This document shows, piece after piece, positions 41,362-50,584 of a stretch of DNA of 64,000 nt; position 1 is the stretch's first letter, and each line of letters begins with the position of its first letter. The notes under the pieces were generated by a model. The model ran no database searches and was not told where the DNA came from. It was given only the letters and a program-made list of their open reading frames with translations. A program made the position numbers and the translations under genes. The stretch is taken from positions 46,284 through 110,283 of the IMG/VR virus record IMGVR_UViG_3300010354_007935, one strand, 5' to 3'. The DNA is from a virus. Taxonomy: Duplodnaviria > Heunggongvirae > Uroviricota > Caudoviricetes.

Positions 41362-42210
41362 TTAAATCTCCAATACAATGTTAGGGTTCCAACCTGTTTC
41401 TTCGTATCCTTCATAACCACGTGGGTTACAAACAACACGAGTTTCTCCGATCATATAATCAAAGGGATGATGTGTATGACCATGTGTCCATAGTTTGATC
41501 TGAGGGTGATCCAAAATGAATTCGCTTAGATCACTGTGGTACCCGCCATTCATTACCTTGTCGTTGGCATACATTGGGTGTACACTTTGATGACTAGGGC
41601 TATGGTGACCTACAACAACAACCTTACGATCTTTAAGATCAGCAAGCACTGACTTAAAGTAACCTAGTGTTTGTCTGTGTCTTTCCATAATATGCGCCGG
41701 ACGCAGTTTAGTATAGCCATGACCATCATGTCGAATGATACGGAAATCATTCATTAAATCAGTCAAAGCATGCAAGGTCAAAGGATCACCCTTGTTGCAG
41801 TCAGTCCATAGTGTAGCACCGATAAACACAACACCATCAATTTCTTTAGTGTCTCTTTCCAAGAAATGAATGTTAGGAAATTTGCCGCACTCGTTACGCA
41901 GGTCGGTTAGACTAGACACAAACTTACCATGGTAAAATTCGTGATTACCAGCAACATAAACAACATGCGGAAACTGAAAACTGCAACGCTTTAAAAAGTC
42001 ACGGAAGCGAAGTGCAGTAGCTTGTCTACGGCCCAAGTCAGCAAGATTAACATTGCTGTACATGCCGTAGTCCATTTCTGGATGGTCGTGCAGATCCTGG
42101 GCAACCATAATGTCGCCACTGAGAATTAAGACATCGCAACCTTCACCATTCTTGATGTTGATGTCACTAAATTCTAAATGCAGATCTGATACTACCTTAA
42201 TTTTCATCAC
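41362..42210 (-). CDS. calcineurin-like metallophosphoesterase
   Basis: 282 aa. VSDLHLEF, ILSGDI, GNHEFY and the distal GHTH/GHHS blocks. Confidence 0.75.
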   Translation of the reverse strand: MMKIKVVSDLHLEFSDINIKNGEGCDVLILSGDIMVAQDLHDHPEMDYGMYSNVNLADLGRRQATALRFRDFLKRCSFQFPHVVYVAGNHEFYHGKFVSSLTDLRNECGKFPNIHFLERDTKEIDGVVFIGATLWTDCNKGDPLTLHALTDLMNDFRIIRHDGHGYTKLRPAHIMERHRQTLGYFKSVLADLKDRKVVVVGHHSPSHQSVHPMYANDKVMNGGYHSDLSEFILDHPQIKLWTHGHTHHPFDYMIGETRVVCNPRGYEGYEETGWNPNIVLEI

Positions 42211-42646
42211 TATTTCTTTCGTTATACCTAGCTTGGCGTTCTGCTTCGTGTTTGTCGCAAAGAGTCCTTATCCAGCCGCCACTACGAGTGGTTCCAGGCT
42301 GACCACATTCTTCACAAGTGAATGCCGCCCACGACTCCGCCATACGAACCATCCCATCCACTGTGTCGTCACCGCCATCATAGTAAAAACGCAGGCCGCC
42401 AAATTTTTCTTTGATTTGCCTAACAACAACATCCGGGCAACCTTGTCCACGTTGATACTTTTCCAATTGATTCTGCTTCCATTCAACATGATGATGAATT
42501 TGGTGGCAAAGTGTTTCAAGAATGGGCCACCAACCAATACCTACAGCAAAGCCACCATATTGGTCTGCAAACATCTTTGGATACTTTTCTTCCATTCGAC
42601 GAGCAAATTCCTCGTACTGATCTTCATCATACATTAGTCTGCCCAA
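42197..42646 (-). CDS. hypothetical Cys/His-rich protein (149 aa)
   Basis: HQIHHHVEW...CEECGQPG...CDKHE. Confidence 0.3.
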   Translation of the reverse strand: MGRLMYDEDQYEEFARRMEEKYPKMFADQYGGFAVGIGWWPILETLCHQIHHHVEWKQNQLEKYQRGQGCPDVVVRQIKEKFGGLRFYYDGGDDTVDGMVRMAESWAAFTCEECGQPGTTRSGGWIRTLCDKHEAERQARYNERNSDEN

Positions 42647-43173
42647 ACCTTTGCTCGTTGTTTCATACCCTCTGGGTCACGCTTGTATTCGTCAAGCAGG
42701 TCGCGCAGAGCTTCCTCGACAAATGCGTTAAAAGTCATATCACGTTCGTGCGCGGCAATCATGAACTTTAGTAGTTCGTTGTCAGGAATATCCAGCGGAA
42801 CTTTTACACGGGTATCGTATTCTTCTCCAGCAACCATAGCAGTAATCTTTTCCAAAATATCGTCTTCTACTTCCAAATCAGTAAACTTGCGATCGCAAGC
42901 AGCCTCAAAATCTACATCTTTAAGTACGCATTCAGCCTTGTACTTTTCTACATACTCTGGGCTAATCCAGCGATACTCACGTTCATTTACGTAGTCCCAC
43001 ATTTCGCACATATACACTTCGAAAGTAGCACTATCGAAAATAATATTTGTGCTGTAGTGATCTTCTTTGTCGCAATCTAAATAACGTGCCTCTGGACCAA
43101 ATGTAGTCCAGCCAAACTGTTCACCGCCAGTAATGCGGTATTGTGTAGCTTTAAGAAAGTCTTCGATTCTCAT
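42634..43173 (-). CDS. hypothetical acidic protein (179 aa)
   Basis: ORF only. Confidence 0.3.
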   Translation of the reverse strand: MRIEDFLKATQYRITGGEQFGWTTFGPEARYLDCDKEDHYSTNIIFDSATFEVYMCEMWDYVNEREYRWISPEYVEKYKAECVLKDVDFEAACDRKFTDLEVEDDILEKITAMVAGEEYDTRVKVPLDIPDNELLKFMIAAHERDMTFNAFVEEALRDLLDEYKRDPEGMKQRAKVWAD

Positions 43174-43889
43174 TGTGCAACCTTTACATAGTTAAGTCTT
43201 GTTACAGTACCTTTAGTTTTCCAGTGGAAGCCATGATCTTTAACTTTGGCCTTAATGACAACCGCAGGACCTACGGTTACATTTTTTTGGCTCATCCAAC
43301 TGACTAATTTATTTTCTATTATAGCATCAACATTAAAAGCTTCAAAGTTTTTCGACTTAATGCAGGATAATACTTCGCAGTCCAAATCCAGTAAAGTTTT
43401 ACCAACTTCCCCCAACCAACCTTCTTCTAATGTTTTGGTTTTCTTATGAAATTGGTGTTTGCTCAGGTCTCGTTTGTAAACACTGGGCAAGCAGGCAATC
43501 CAACCAAATTTATTAGTAGTTGTGTTTTCCTTAGTAAGAATTGCATTTAGTTCAGTTTTGAACTCGTCTTCACCTTGAATGGCATTAAACATCAAACGGC
43601 GATAAAACTTTATAATGTCTTCCGTTAATTGCTTATCTTCCATATTGGTTGTGATAAGCTGAGGCTTCATCAAAGGATCTACACCGTTGTAATTGGTTTT
43701 ATCTTCTCCCAACGCAGACAGCATCAATAGCTTGTTTGGCATACGATAACCAATTATTTTATAGTCATCGGTATAAATGGCTTCTGCCGTTTTAATGTAA
43801 TCTTTATTATACCGATAGGCAGCGCATGCCAATTCCAATACCGTTTGGACTGGGTACTCTTTTTCCGGCGCTGGCATAACTTGCTCCAT
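43170..43889 (-). CDS. hypothetical protein (239 aa)
   Basis: ORF only. Confidence 0.3.
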   Translation of the reverse strand: MEQVMPAPEKEYPVQTVLELACAAYRYNKDYIKTAEAIYTDDYKIIGYRMPNKLLMLSALGEDKTNYNGVDPLMKPQLITTNMEDKQLTEDIIKFYRRLMFNAIQGEDEFKTELNAILTKENTTTNKFGWIACLPSVYKRDLSKHQFHKKTKTLEEGWLGEVGKTLLDLDCEVLSCIKSKNFEAFNVDAIIENKLVSWMSQKNVTVGPAVVIKAKVKDHGFHWKTKGTVTRLNYVKVAQ

Positions 43890-43909
43890 TAATTGATAAT
43901 AGTCTTATT

Positions 43910-44575
43910 TTACATGAAAATCAAGTCTGTGTCAACCTTTTGGAGCCTAGTATATACTTTTTTAGTTAACCGATTTATTACAGGGTCGTTGTATTTTGGA
44001 AACTCTGTCTTATACATTCCCAAACTAGGAGCAACAAATTGGCCGTTTAACCTAAGCCTGCTCAATTTGTCTGTGTTGTGCAAATAACGTAAGGCTCTAT
44101 GCTTGCCTAAATTTCTGCAAAGTTCAAATGCTATACTGATTGAATAAGCATCTATTTCATCTGGATCACTTAGATACCTTCCGTGATTGTTATCGTGTTC
44201 TCGGCCAGATTTATAATTACGTTTTCGATATTGCCCTTGATGTCGATATTCGTGTATTAACGAATCGTAAATTTGTATTAAAAGTTCTGTAGAATTTTTT
44301 TCATGCCACGCACCAGTTTTATTAAAATTGTGCGTTATTATTAATTCAATAGGACACTCGTTATTTTTATCGTCTTCAGGATCATAAAAACCGTTAACAT
44401 AAAAAACATCTGTGTTGAGATTTTTATCTTTAACGGTCTTTATTTTTAATTCAATTTCATGTAACTTTAATTCTTTACGAATCATAGCTAACAGCTTTTG
44501 GAAACTAACTCCTCCCTGAGTTCTACGTCTTATGCTAGTACATATTTCGCAGACAGTTTCCATTATACCATTCAT
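43910..44575 (-). CDS. HExxH zinc-metalloprotein family protein (paralogue of 33880..34611)
   Basis: 221 aa. SLIHEYRHQGQYRKRNYKS...DPDEIDAYSISIAFEL is colinear with the other copy. Confidence 0.4.
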   Translation of the reverse strand: MNGIMETVCEICTSIRRRTQGGVSFQKLLAMIRKELKLHEIELKIKTVKDKNLNTDVFYVNGFYDPEDDKNNECPIELIITHNFNKTGAWHEKNSTELLIQIYDSLIHEYRHQGQYRKRNYKSGREHDNNHGRYLSDPDEIDAYSISIAFELCRNLGKHRALRYLHNTDKLSRLRLNGQFVAPSLGMYKTEFPKYNDPVINRLTKKVYTRLQKVDTDLIFM

Positions 44576-44577
44576 AG

Positions 44578-44796
44578 TTACAACCTATAAATTACCCTAC
44601 CTTTTGACAAGTCGTATGGGCTGACTTCTACTTTCACATTATCACCTAAGATAATGCGAATCTTGTTTTGCTTTAACCTACCACCCATGTAACAGAGTAA
44701 AGGGTTGGGCATATTGTCCACTTTAACCCTAAACATGTTTCCTGGTAATACTTCGTCTACTTTGCCTGTGAGTTCAATAATATCGTCTTTAGCCAT
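44578..44796 (-). CDS. infA: translation initiation factor IF-1 (S1-like OB fold)
   Basis: 72 aa. ...[54 protein letters not shown] is colinear with bacterial IF-1 (...TMFRVELENGH...[33 protein letters not shown]). Confidence 0.85.
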   Translation of the reverse strand: [72 protein letters not shown]

Positions 44797-44799
44797 TAT

Positions 44800-44964
44800 T
44801 TCTTTTCTAGAATGATTGATCCTTCTTCAACTGTAACCGTAATTACATCGCCTTCTTTCCAGCCTAGCTTGTCACGAATTTCTTGGGGGATATTCATGAG
44901 GACGTTTTCAGGGTCCCCGTTGATTTCTTCAAAAATTTCGCTTGCATCGTAAGTGTACTTTTCC
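44800..44964 (-). CDS. small protein (53 aa), possible swapped-hairpin (AbrB/MazE-like) fold
   Basis: Manual translation MEKYTYDASEIFEEINGDPENVLMNIPQEIRDKLGWKEGDVITVTVEEGSIIL. Not in the ORF track. Confidence 0.25.
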
Positions 44965-44985
44965 ATAGCAGTATTTACTCTTAAT

Positions 44986-45534
44986 TTAATTTGTGTCAGA
45001 ATCTTTTACAACTAGCCAACCTAGTTTATATAAATCGTTTTCGATTTCTTCAGTAACTACACTTTCTGCAACGTAGTCTCTTCCGTCCCAAAGTTTATTT
45101 TCTTCCTCGTCGTGACTAACATTTCGAATACCAGAACAGTACCAATCAATGTAATCACCTTTTTGTTGCATGTGAGCAATAATACCTCCAGCATAGCGCC
45201 AAGAGCATGACCATTTTTGGTCTTTTAGCAAAGGCCACATTTCTCGTTTGATAAAATCATTATTACACATTGCGGCATACAAGTTTTGAGCATAAGCATC
45301 GTTGGCACGAACCTTTTCTAAAATCCAATCGGTGGTACGCAGATCCCATTCTAGGTTATCTTTTCGCCATTTAGGGTCTGCTTCCTGGGCATCTTCTCGC
45401 TCATCCCAAGACTCGTAGTACTCAACCATGGCGCGAGTATTTTCGTCGTTCTCGGGAGTCTTGCCTTTTTCAGCTTGACGTTTGAGATAGTTTTCCTTTT
45501 GGAAAGTATTACGCTGAGGGCTTTTGCTAATCAT
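44986..45534 (-). CDS. hypothetical protein (182 aa, Trp-rich)
   Basis: ORF only. Confidence 0.3.
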   Translation of the reverse strand: MISKSPQRNTFQKENYLKRQAEKGKTPENDENTRAMVEYYESWDEREDAQEADPKWRKDNLEWDLRTTDWILEKVRANDAYAQNLYAAMCNNDFIKREMWPLLKDQKWSCSWRYAGGIIAHMQQKGDYIDWYCSGIRNVSHDEEENKLWDGRDYVAESVVTEEIENDLYKLGWLVVKDSDTN

Positions 45535-45844
45535 GATAGTTACCTTGCAAGCAATGTAGCATTTCGTGACCTAGATTGTCAATAGTGAACTTTTTCGGAA
45601 TAATTATAGTGCAAGTGTTAGCTTCCCAAAACGAGCAGGCTTGCATGGCGAATCCAAATCCATTTCGTCCTCGTTTACGGCTTTCAGTTTCACAGACTTT
45701 GTCAACATTATCGACAGCCCGAATCGTAACAGTTGTTTTATTTGTGAAGTTGTTTTTGGCATCGTACTTAAAATTAGGATTTTGCCAATCGGCGAGAACA
45801 TTAGTCGAAACCAAAATGGTTGTCAAAACAAGTGCCTTAATCAT
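45527..45844 (-). CDS. small secreted protein with HExxH motif
   Basis: MIKALVLTTILVSTNVLA signal peptide. C-terminal NLGHEMLHCLQG. Preceded by the conserved 5'-UTR motif CACACAGAGGCACAA. Confidence 0.4.
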   Translation of the reverse strand: MIKALVLTTILVSTNVLADWQNPNFKYDAKNNFTNKTTVTIRAVDNVDKVCETESRKRGRNGFGFAMQACSFWEANTCTIIIPKKFTIDNLGHEMLHCLQGNYHD

Positions 45845-45870
45845 TTGTGCCTCTGTGTGTAGTTAATCGG

Positions 45871-45966
45871 TGCAGACGGTAGGATTCGAACCTACAAAGG
45901 CAGCTAATAGCCTAGCCCTGTTCCCTCCCCGAAGGGAGGAGGTCTACCAATTCCACTCACGTCTAC
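45871..45966 (-). tRNA. tRNA-like element (class-II-like, atypical core)
   Basis: rc gives GTAGACG...GGAATTGGTAGA...GTAGG-TTCGAAT-CCTAC-CGTCTGC-A. This forms a 7-bp acceptor stem, a canonical T-arm (GGTTCGAATCC) and a Leu/Tyr-type D-loop. The central 45 nt contain a perfect 6-bp hairpin with a UUCG loop and do not fold into a canonical anticodon arm. Confidence 0.45.
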
Positions 45967-46011
45967 GGTTATATTATAACAGCATTTGAACAAAAAGTCA
46001 ATCTGTTTTGG

Positions 46012-46452
46012 TTACATATCTAGCGGTTCGTTTCTTGTCTTTTGAATAATTGAACCATCAAACATTCTATGTACTGCACCCAACGGAGTGATACTGGAAA
46101 TTAGCCCTCTACGATCTAGCCCGTCGTACATAAATTCAATTAATAAACTATGCCCATTATCTTGATAATACCGTGCCCGATCAAATCGTAACTCTGGATC
46201 AGTTTCTAAGGCTAGCTTGAGCCATTCTCTAAAAGCATCAACATCCGGGAATGTCCATTCGGTTTCAATAGTAAGAGCATCAGCGTTTGTAGATGGTTGG
46301 GGCCTTGAAGAAACTAGCTCAGGTCGACTATCCGCTAAAGCATATAAAGCCGACGTTCTAGTTTTGCCCTCCGTTGTATCTTCGTAAAAGGGTTGTGTAG
46401 CATCAGGTCTGCTTTTTGTAAAATATTGAGTAACGGGCATTTTTGTCTCCAA
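46012..46452 (-). CDS. hypothetical protein (146 aa)
   Basis: ORF only. First gene of the long minus-strand block. Confidence 0.3.
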   Translation of the reverse strand: METKMPVTQYFTKSRPDATQPFYEDTTEGKTRTSALYALADSRPELVSSRPQPSTNADALTIETEWTFPDVDAFREWLKLALETDPELRFDRARYYQDNGHSLLIEFMYDGLDRRGLISSITPLGAVHRMFDGSIIQKTRNEPLDM

Positions 46453-46522
46453 TGGATATTAGTTATTTATACTACCACTTAACACTAAATAGTCAGGTAT
46501 TTTAATATTTATCGAAGGAAAT

Positions 46523-48001
46523 ATGGAAGTCATATTATTAACATCAGTTTTGCCCTATCGTCTAGATGACAAAAATGTACAAGGAAGATCCTTGTACAGG
46601 GGTATGGGTGCCTATCAAGTAGCTTGGTATTTGCGAGAACACAATTATAACGTTCAAGTTATCGACTTTGTTTTCCAACGATCCGAAGCAGAGGTTGTTG
46701 ACGCTGTTAGCAGATATGTAACAGACGAAACAAAAGTAATTGGATTTGGGGTATTGGGGAACACAGTATATGATAGGCTACTATATCTTAGAGTCGCTAG
46801 CTTAATGTTTAAGCTCAAGGAAAAATTTCCTCGATTAAAATATGTTGGTGGCGGCCCAACTGCCAATCGTTTTGATTGGTTTTTGCCTCCGAAGTTGTTT
46901 GATCATATTATTGTAGGGCATGCCGAAGACACTATGCTTGCCTACTGTAATCATGTATTTAGAAACGGGCCTGCTGTTCCTTTTGAAATTAGTGCTCGCG
47001 GGAATAGACTTATCAAAGAATCGTTCTCAGTTCCAGTTGAAAAAAAATTTGATATACAGCATGATCGACATAGGTGGCACGAACGCGACTTTGTACAACC
47101 CGGCGAATCTTTACCAATTGAAACTACACGCGGCTGTATCTTTAAATGTAAGTTTTGTCAGTATCCGTTAATTGGAAAGCATAAGCTAGATTTTCTTCGA
47201 GATATGGAACTAATTAAAGAAGAAATGATAGATAATTATAATAAGTTTGGAACTACAAACTATTACATGTTAGACGATACTTTTAATGCCGACAAAGATC
47301 GTGTCGAAGCTTTTGCTAACATGGCTGCTAGTTTGCCTTTTAAAATAAGATACGCAACATATCTTAGATTAGATCTAATAGAAGCTCACAGACAAACAGA
47401 AGATATGCTTAAAGAGAGCGGTCTATTTGGTGCATTTTTTGGTGTAGAAACTTTTAATAAGGAAGCTGCGTCTCTCATCGGAAAATCTTTTAGTGGAAAA
47501 AAAGCTAAAGACTACCTTCCAGAGCTAGCCCATCAAAAATGGAATAGTGAGATCATTATCTTCTGCGGAATGATAGCAGGCATTCCTCCAGAGACAGTCG
47601 AAGAACTTTGGGAAACAAATCAATGGTTAAAGGATAACAATATCAATGGGTGGCATTGGAACGGTTTACATTTAAGTAATCACCACATCAAAGAATGGTC
47701 CAGCGAATTTGAACAAAATGCAGAGCAATACGGATTTAGATTTACAGGCCCTGATCAATGGGCACACGGCGAATATCATACATCGCAGAAAGCTCGTCAG
47801 TGGGCGCTGGACTTAGTTAAAGATTCTATTTCTCATCAACGTACTGCTTCATGGAACGGAATTGAATTGTTAAATTATCCTTCTATGACCACGCATGAAA
47901 TCTTAACTCGCCGAGTTAAAGACTATAATTTAGATCATCCTGTGCATGCTGACAGGAAAAAATTCCTAGATAATTATTGGTATCAAATTATGAATTCTTA
48001 A
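46523..48001 (+). CDS. B12-binding (class B) radical SAM enzyme
   Basis: 492 aa. N-terminal Rossmann-like B12-binding region (...VIGFGVLGNTV...), then ETTRGCIFKCKFCQYP (CxxxCxxC). Only plus-strand enzyme gene at the island edge. Confidence 0.7.
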   Translation: MEVILLTSVLPYRLDDKNVQGRSLYRGMGAYQVAWYLREHNYNVQVIDFVFQRSEAEVVDAVSRYVTDETKVIGFGVLGNTVYDRLLYLRVASLMFKLKEKFPRLKYVGGGPTANRFDWFLPPKLFDHIIVGHAEDTMLAYCNHVFRNGPAVPFEISARGNRLIKESFSVPVEKKFDIQHDRHRWHERDFVQPGESLPIETTRGCIFKCKFCQYPLIGKHKLDFLRDMELIKEEMIDNYNKFGTTNYYMLDDTFNADKDRVEAFANMAASLPFKIRYATYLRLDLIEAHRQTEDMLKESGLFGAFFGVETFNKEAASLIGKSFSGKKAKDYLPELAHQKWNSEIIIFCGMIAGIPPETVEELWETNQWLKDNNINGWHWNGLHLSNHHIKEWSSEFEQNAEQYGFRFTGPDQWAHGEYHTSQKARQWALDLVKDSISHQRTASWNGIELLNYPSMTTHEILTRRVKDYNLDHPVHADRKKFLDNYWYQIMNS

Positions 48002-49253
48002 GATCACCTATACTTGTAAGTATAGTTGGTGCGTCTAGAAGATCTTGGTCTAAATCATACACCGGTTGGAAATTAACTACAGGACCAAGTTTATAGTATT
48101 TCCTCCAAGATTTAAAACCAAGTAATCCTTTTACTGGGTCGTAATCTAAAAATTTCTTATCTAGAGATCCAACTAGATTTTCCAAGTCTGATACCATCAT
48201 TTCCCATATCTTAGTACCGGAGTGATGGCGATAGAACCAGTCGTCGTGTCTGCCTAGTAACATTCTGTCAGGCTTGCCTGCTTGATAACTCCATTTCTTG
48301 ATTGCTGGATAGATAGCAGGGACAATGCCTCTTTCATAAACACCTGCATTAAATGTAACAGAATCGACTCTAGGCAATGCTGTTGGTGTATCAGGTCTTT
48401 TAAGCCTGTCATCGTTGATCAGCATCATGTCGTAAACATTCCTATTTTCTGGCCGCATTAAAAATCTGGCTGCTAAATGTGCCTGTTTGACTATCATTAA
48501 GGGAAGTTCAGGACTATGATAAAAAAATATTTGATCCGTGTTTGGATGATTTATTGAATTATACTTGTTATTATAAATGTTATCTCTAAACATAATATAA
48601 AAATGATCTTTAGATCTAACAATTGAGGGTTTATCAATACCTTGAACAACCGCAATCCTTTTTCCAGACTCTGCAATACGTTTTAAATGTGTAAGGCGAT
48701 CTAAATTATAACGGCCAGCCATAGTTGGGTGTAACCAGTCGTTACATTTAAGTAACCAATCGTCTGCTTTATAATTCAGCATGTCCTGAAAGTAATCATG
48801 TAATGTAACTTTGATTTTAGGATATTTTTCTCGTATTGTATTAAGCCACGGAATCTGAGTTAAGAAAGTTTCTTCTATAGTGTTTTCAACTCTCGTATCC
48901 GACGGATCAGGATTCTTCCAATCTCGTAATCCTTCTAACGGAGCACTTCCAACTACTTCATCTATGTGCAACCCGTTATTTACAAAAGCGTGAAACATGT
49001 TTGTACTGTCAGCGCCGCCACTACAGAACATTACAATATAATCGTATTTTTCTCTTATCTGTCTAGCTCGTATAGCATAAAATTCATCTATGCTAGTTGT
49101 CGGCTCTTGTGTCCAGTCTATTGCTGAAAAGATATTATCATTGAAAACCCACTCCATATCTGTTCGTAGTTGCTGGGCTTTAAACATGGCCATAATTTTA
49201 TTATGAAATTTTTCTGTACCAACTTTATAATACCCTAAATCGTCTAAGTTCAT
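47988..49253 (-). CDS. PP-loop ATP pyrophosphatase family protein (AsnB-C-terminal / amidotransferase-like), paralogue 1
   Basis: 421 aa. YIVMFCSGGADSTNMFHAF (SGGxDS PP-loop). Confidence 0.55.
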   Translation of the reverse strand: MNLDDLGYYKVGTEKFHNKIMAMFKAQQLRTDMEWVFNDNIFSAIDWTQEPTTSIDEFYAIRARQIREKYDYIVMFCSGGADSTNMFHAFVNNGLHIDEVVGSAPLEGLRDWKNPDPSDTRVENTIEETFLTQIPWLNTIREKYPKIKVTLHDYFQDMLNYKADDWLLKCNDWLHPTMAGRYNLDRLTHLKRIAESGKRIAVVQGIDKPSIVRSKDHFYIMFRDNIYNNKYNSINHPNTDQIFFYHSPELPLMIVKQAHLAARFLMRPENRNVYDMMLINDDRLKRPDTPTALPRVDSVTFNAGVYERGIVPAIYPAIKKWSYQAGKPDRMLLGRHDDWFYRHHSGTKIWEMMVSDLENLVGSLDKKFLDYDPVKGLLGFKSWRKYYKLGPVVNFQPVYDLDQDLLDAPTILTSIGDLKNS

Positions 49254-50584
49254 TCTAAGTATCCTATATCCCTTCTATAGGTAAATTGACCTACATATTG
49301 TGTATCTAAGTAATCATAAATTCGTTTCGCTGCTTCCTGTCTTGAATTAGCTGTAGTTGTAAACAACGAATGTTTAATATAATATCTTTCAATGCCCATT
49401 GTTGCTCCAGCACATGTTTCAATACTTTGAATTATATTATCAGGTATGTTTTCAAACTTTGGTAGAAATGATGCAGGCCTGAGCCAGTCGTAAACACGAT
49501 TAAACACTCGTACAGAAACTGTAGACTTATTATTATGGATTACATCGGGGATCGGAAGATCTGCACTTGCCGCATAAAATAATTCAGATAAGTTATTTTC
49601 AACAGAGCCTAAAATTGAGCATAATTCAGGGTCACCACTTCGAGTATTAATTTCTAAAATATACGGAACATTATTCTTGTCAACAGCTATGCCTAAAAAT
49701 ATAAATCCCCGATAAAAGTCGTTTGATTTGCCGAGGTAGTCTTTTAAAAAATTAAAAATTTTATCGGCATATTCGTGTACTATCGGATCAGGATCGACGT
49801 TGTAACAACCAAGCCCAACAGTATTATACCCGCTGTCGCCGTCTTTTAATTTTTTATAATCTCTTGCAGAACCTAAATATTTCCAGCCGCTACGATTAAA
49901 CAATGCATGATAAGAGTACTCTCGTTTAATTTCCATGTATTCTTCTAGTACAATTTCTGTATCAAGATTTATGTTTGTAAGTTGTGCGTCACCGTTAACT
50001 AAGTACCCAAATAGTTCTTCAAAAACTGTTTCGTAATTGTCGTCGTCGACAATAATTGTTTGTCTGCCTGACTGATATACAAAATCCAACTTTACTACAA
50101 ATGGTCGTGCAAGACTTTTAAAATTTTTATAAAGATATCGCCCGTCCATTTTTTGATATTTTGGTGTTGGAATACCACATTTAGCAAGAAGTTGTTTGGT
50201 TAGATGTTTACTTCTTTCTAAATCTGTAATTTTTGGATTAACAAAAAAATAAGGTATTTTTCTATCTTGCAAATAATTGTGTATAAATGAACTTCGAGGA
50301 ACTGGGAGCCCGGACGCTAAAACAAAGTCGATTTTTTTATCTTCTGAAAATTCAGCAAATCGTTTCATGGCATTACCTACATTGAGATCGTAAGGTAACC
50401 ATGTAGTTATAGGTTCGTAGTTTTCAGTTGCCTTTACTCCAACAGCAGCTCCAAAATGATAAACGTGTGAATCCTTTTTTAGTAGCTGTGCTAAATGGTG
50501 GTAAGGGCACACCGATGACAATATAGCAATATTCATTTTTGAATTAATTTTATTACCCAGAATGTTGGATCTAATTCCCACCAA
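49250..50584 (-). CDS. ATP-grasp ligase, PurD (GAR synthetase)-like
   Basis: 444 aa. ERSKHLTKQLLAKCGIPTPKY (cf. PurD EGSKAFTKDFL...IPTAEY) and ILEINTRSGDPE (cf. PurD EFNxRFGDPE). Confidence 0.65.
   Translation of the reverse strand: MVGIRSNILGNKINSKMNIAILSSVCPYHHLAQLLKKDSHVYHFGAAVGVKATENYEPITTWLPYDLNVGNAMKRFAEFSEDKKIDFVLASGLPVPRSSFIHNYLQDRKIPYFFVNPKITDLERSKHLTKQLLAKCGIPTPKYQKMDGRYLYKNFKSLARPFVVKLDFVYQSGRQTIIVDDDNYETVFEELFGYLVNGDAQLTNINLDTEIVLEEYMEIKREYSYHALFNRSGWKYLGSARDYKKLKDGDSGYNTVGLGCYNVDPDPIVHEYADKIFNFLKDYLGKSNDFYRGFIFLGIAVDKNNVPYILEINTRSGDPELCSILGSVENNLSELFYAASADLPIPDVIHNNKSTVSVRVFNRVYDWLRPASFLPKFENIPDNIIQSIETCAGATMGIERYYIKHSLFTTTANSRQEAAKRIYDYLDTQYVGQFTYRRDIGYLE

Noticed and set aside
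45871-45966. tRNA-like element as a phage attP site implying an integrated or temperate element
   Set aside because: No integrase, recombinase or excisionase-like gene is present within the window and no flanking direct repeat was seen. The attP idea is left only as a speculation inside the tRNA finding.
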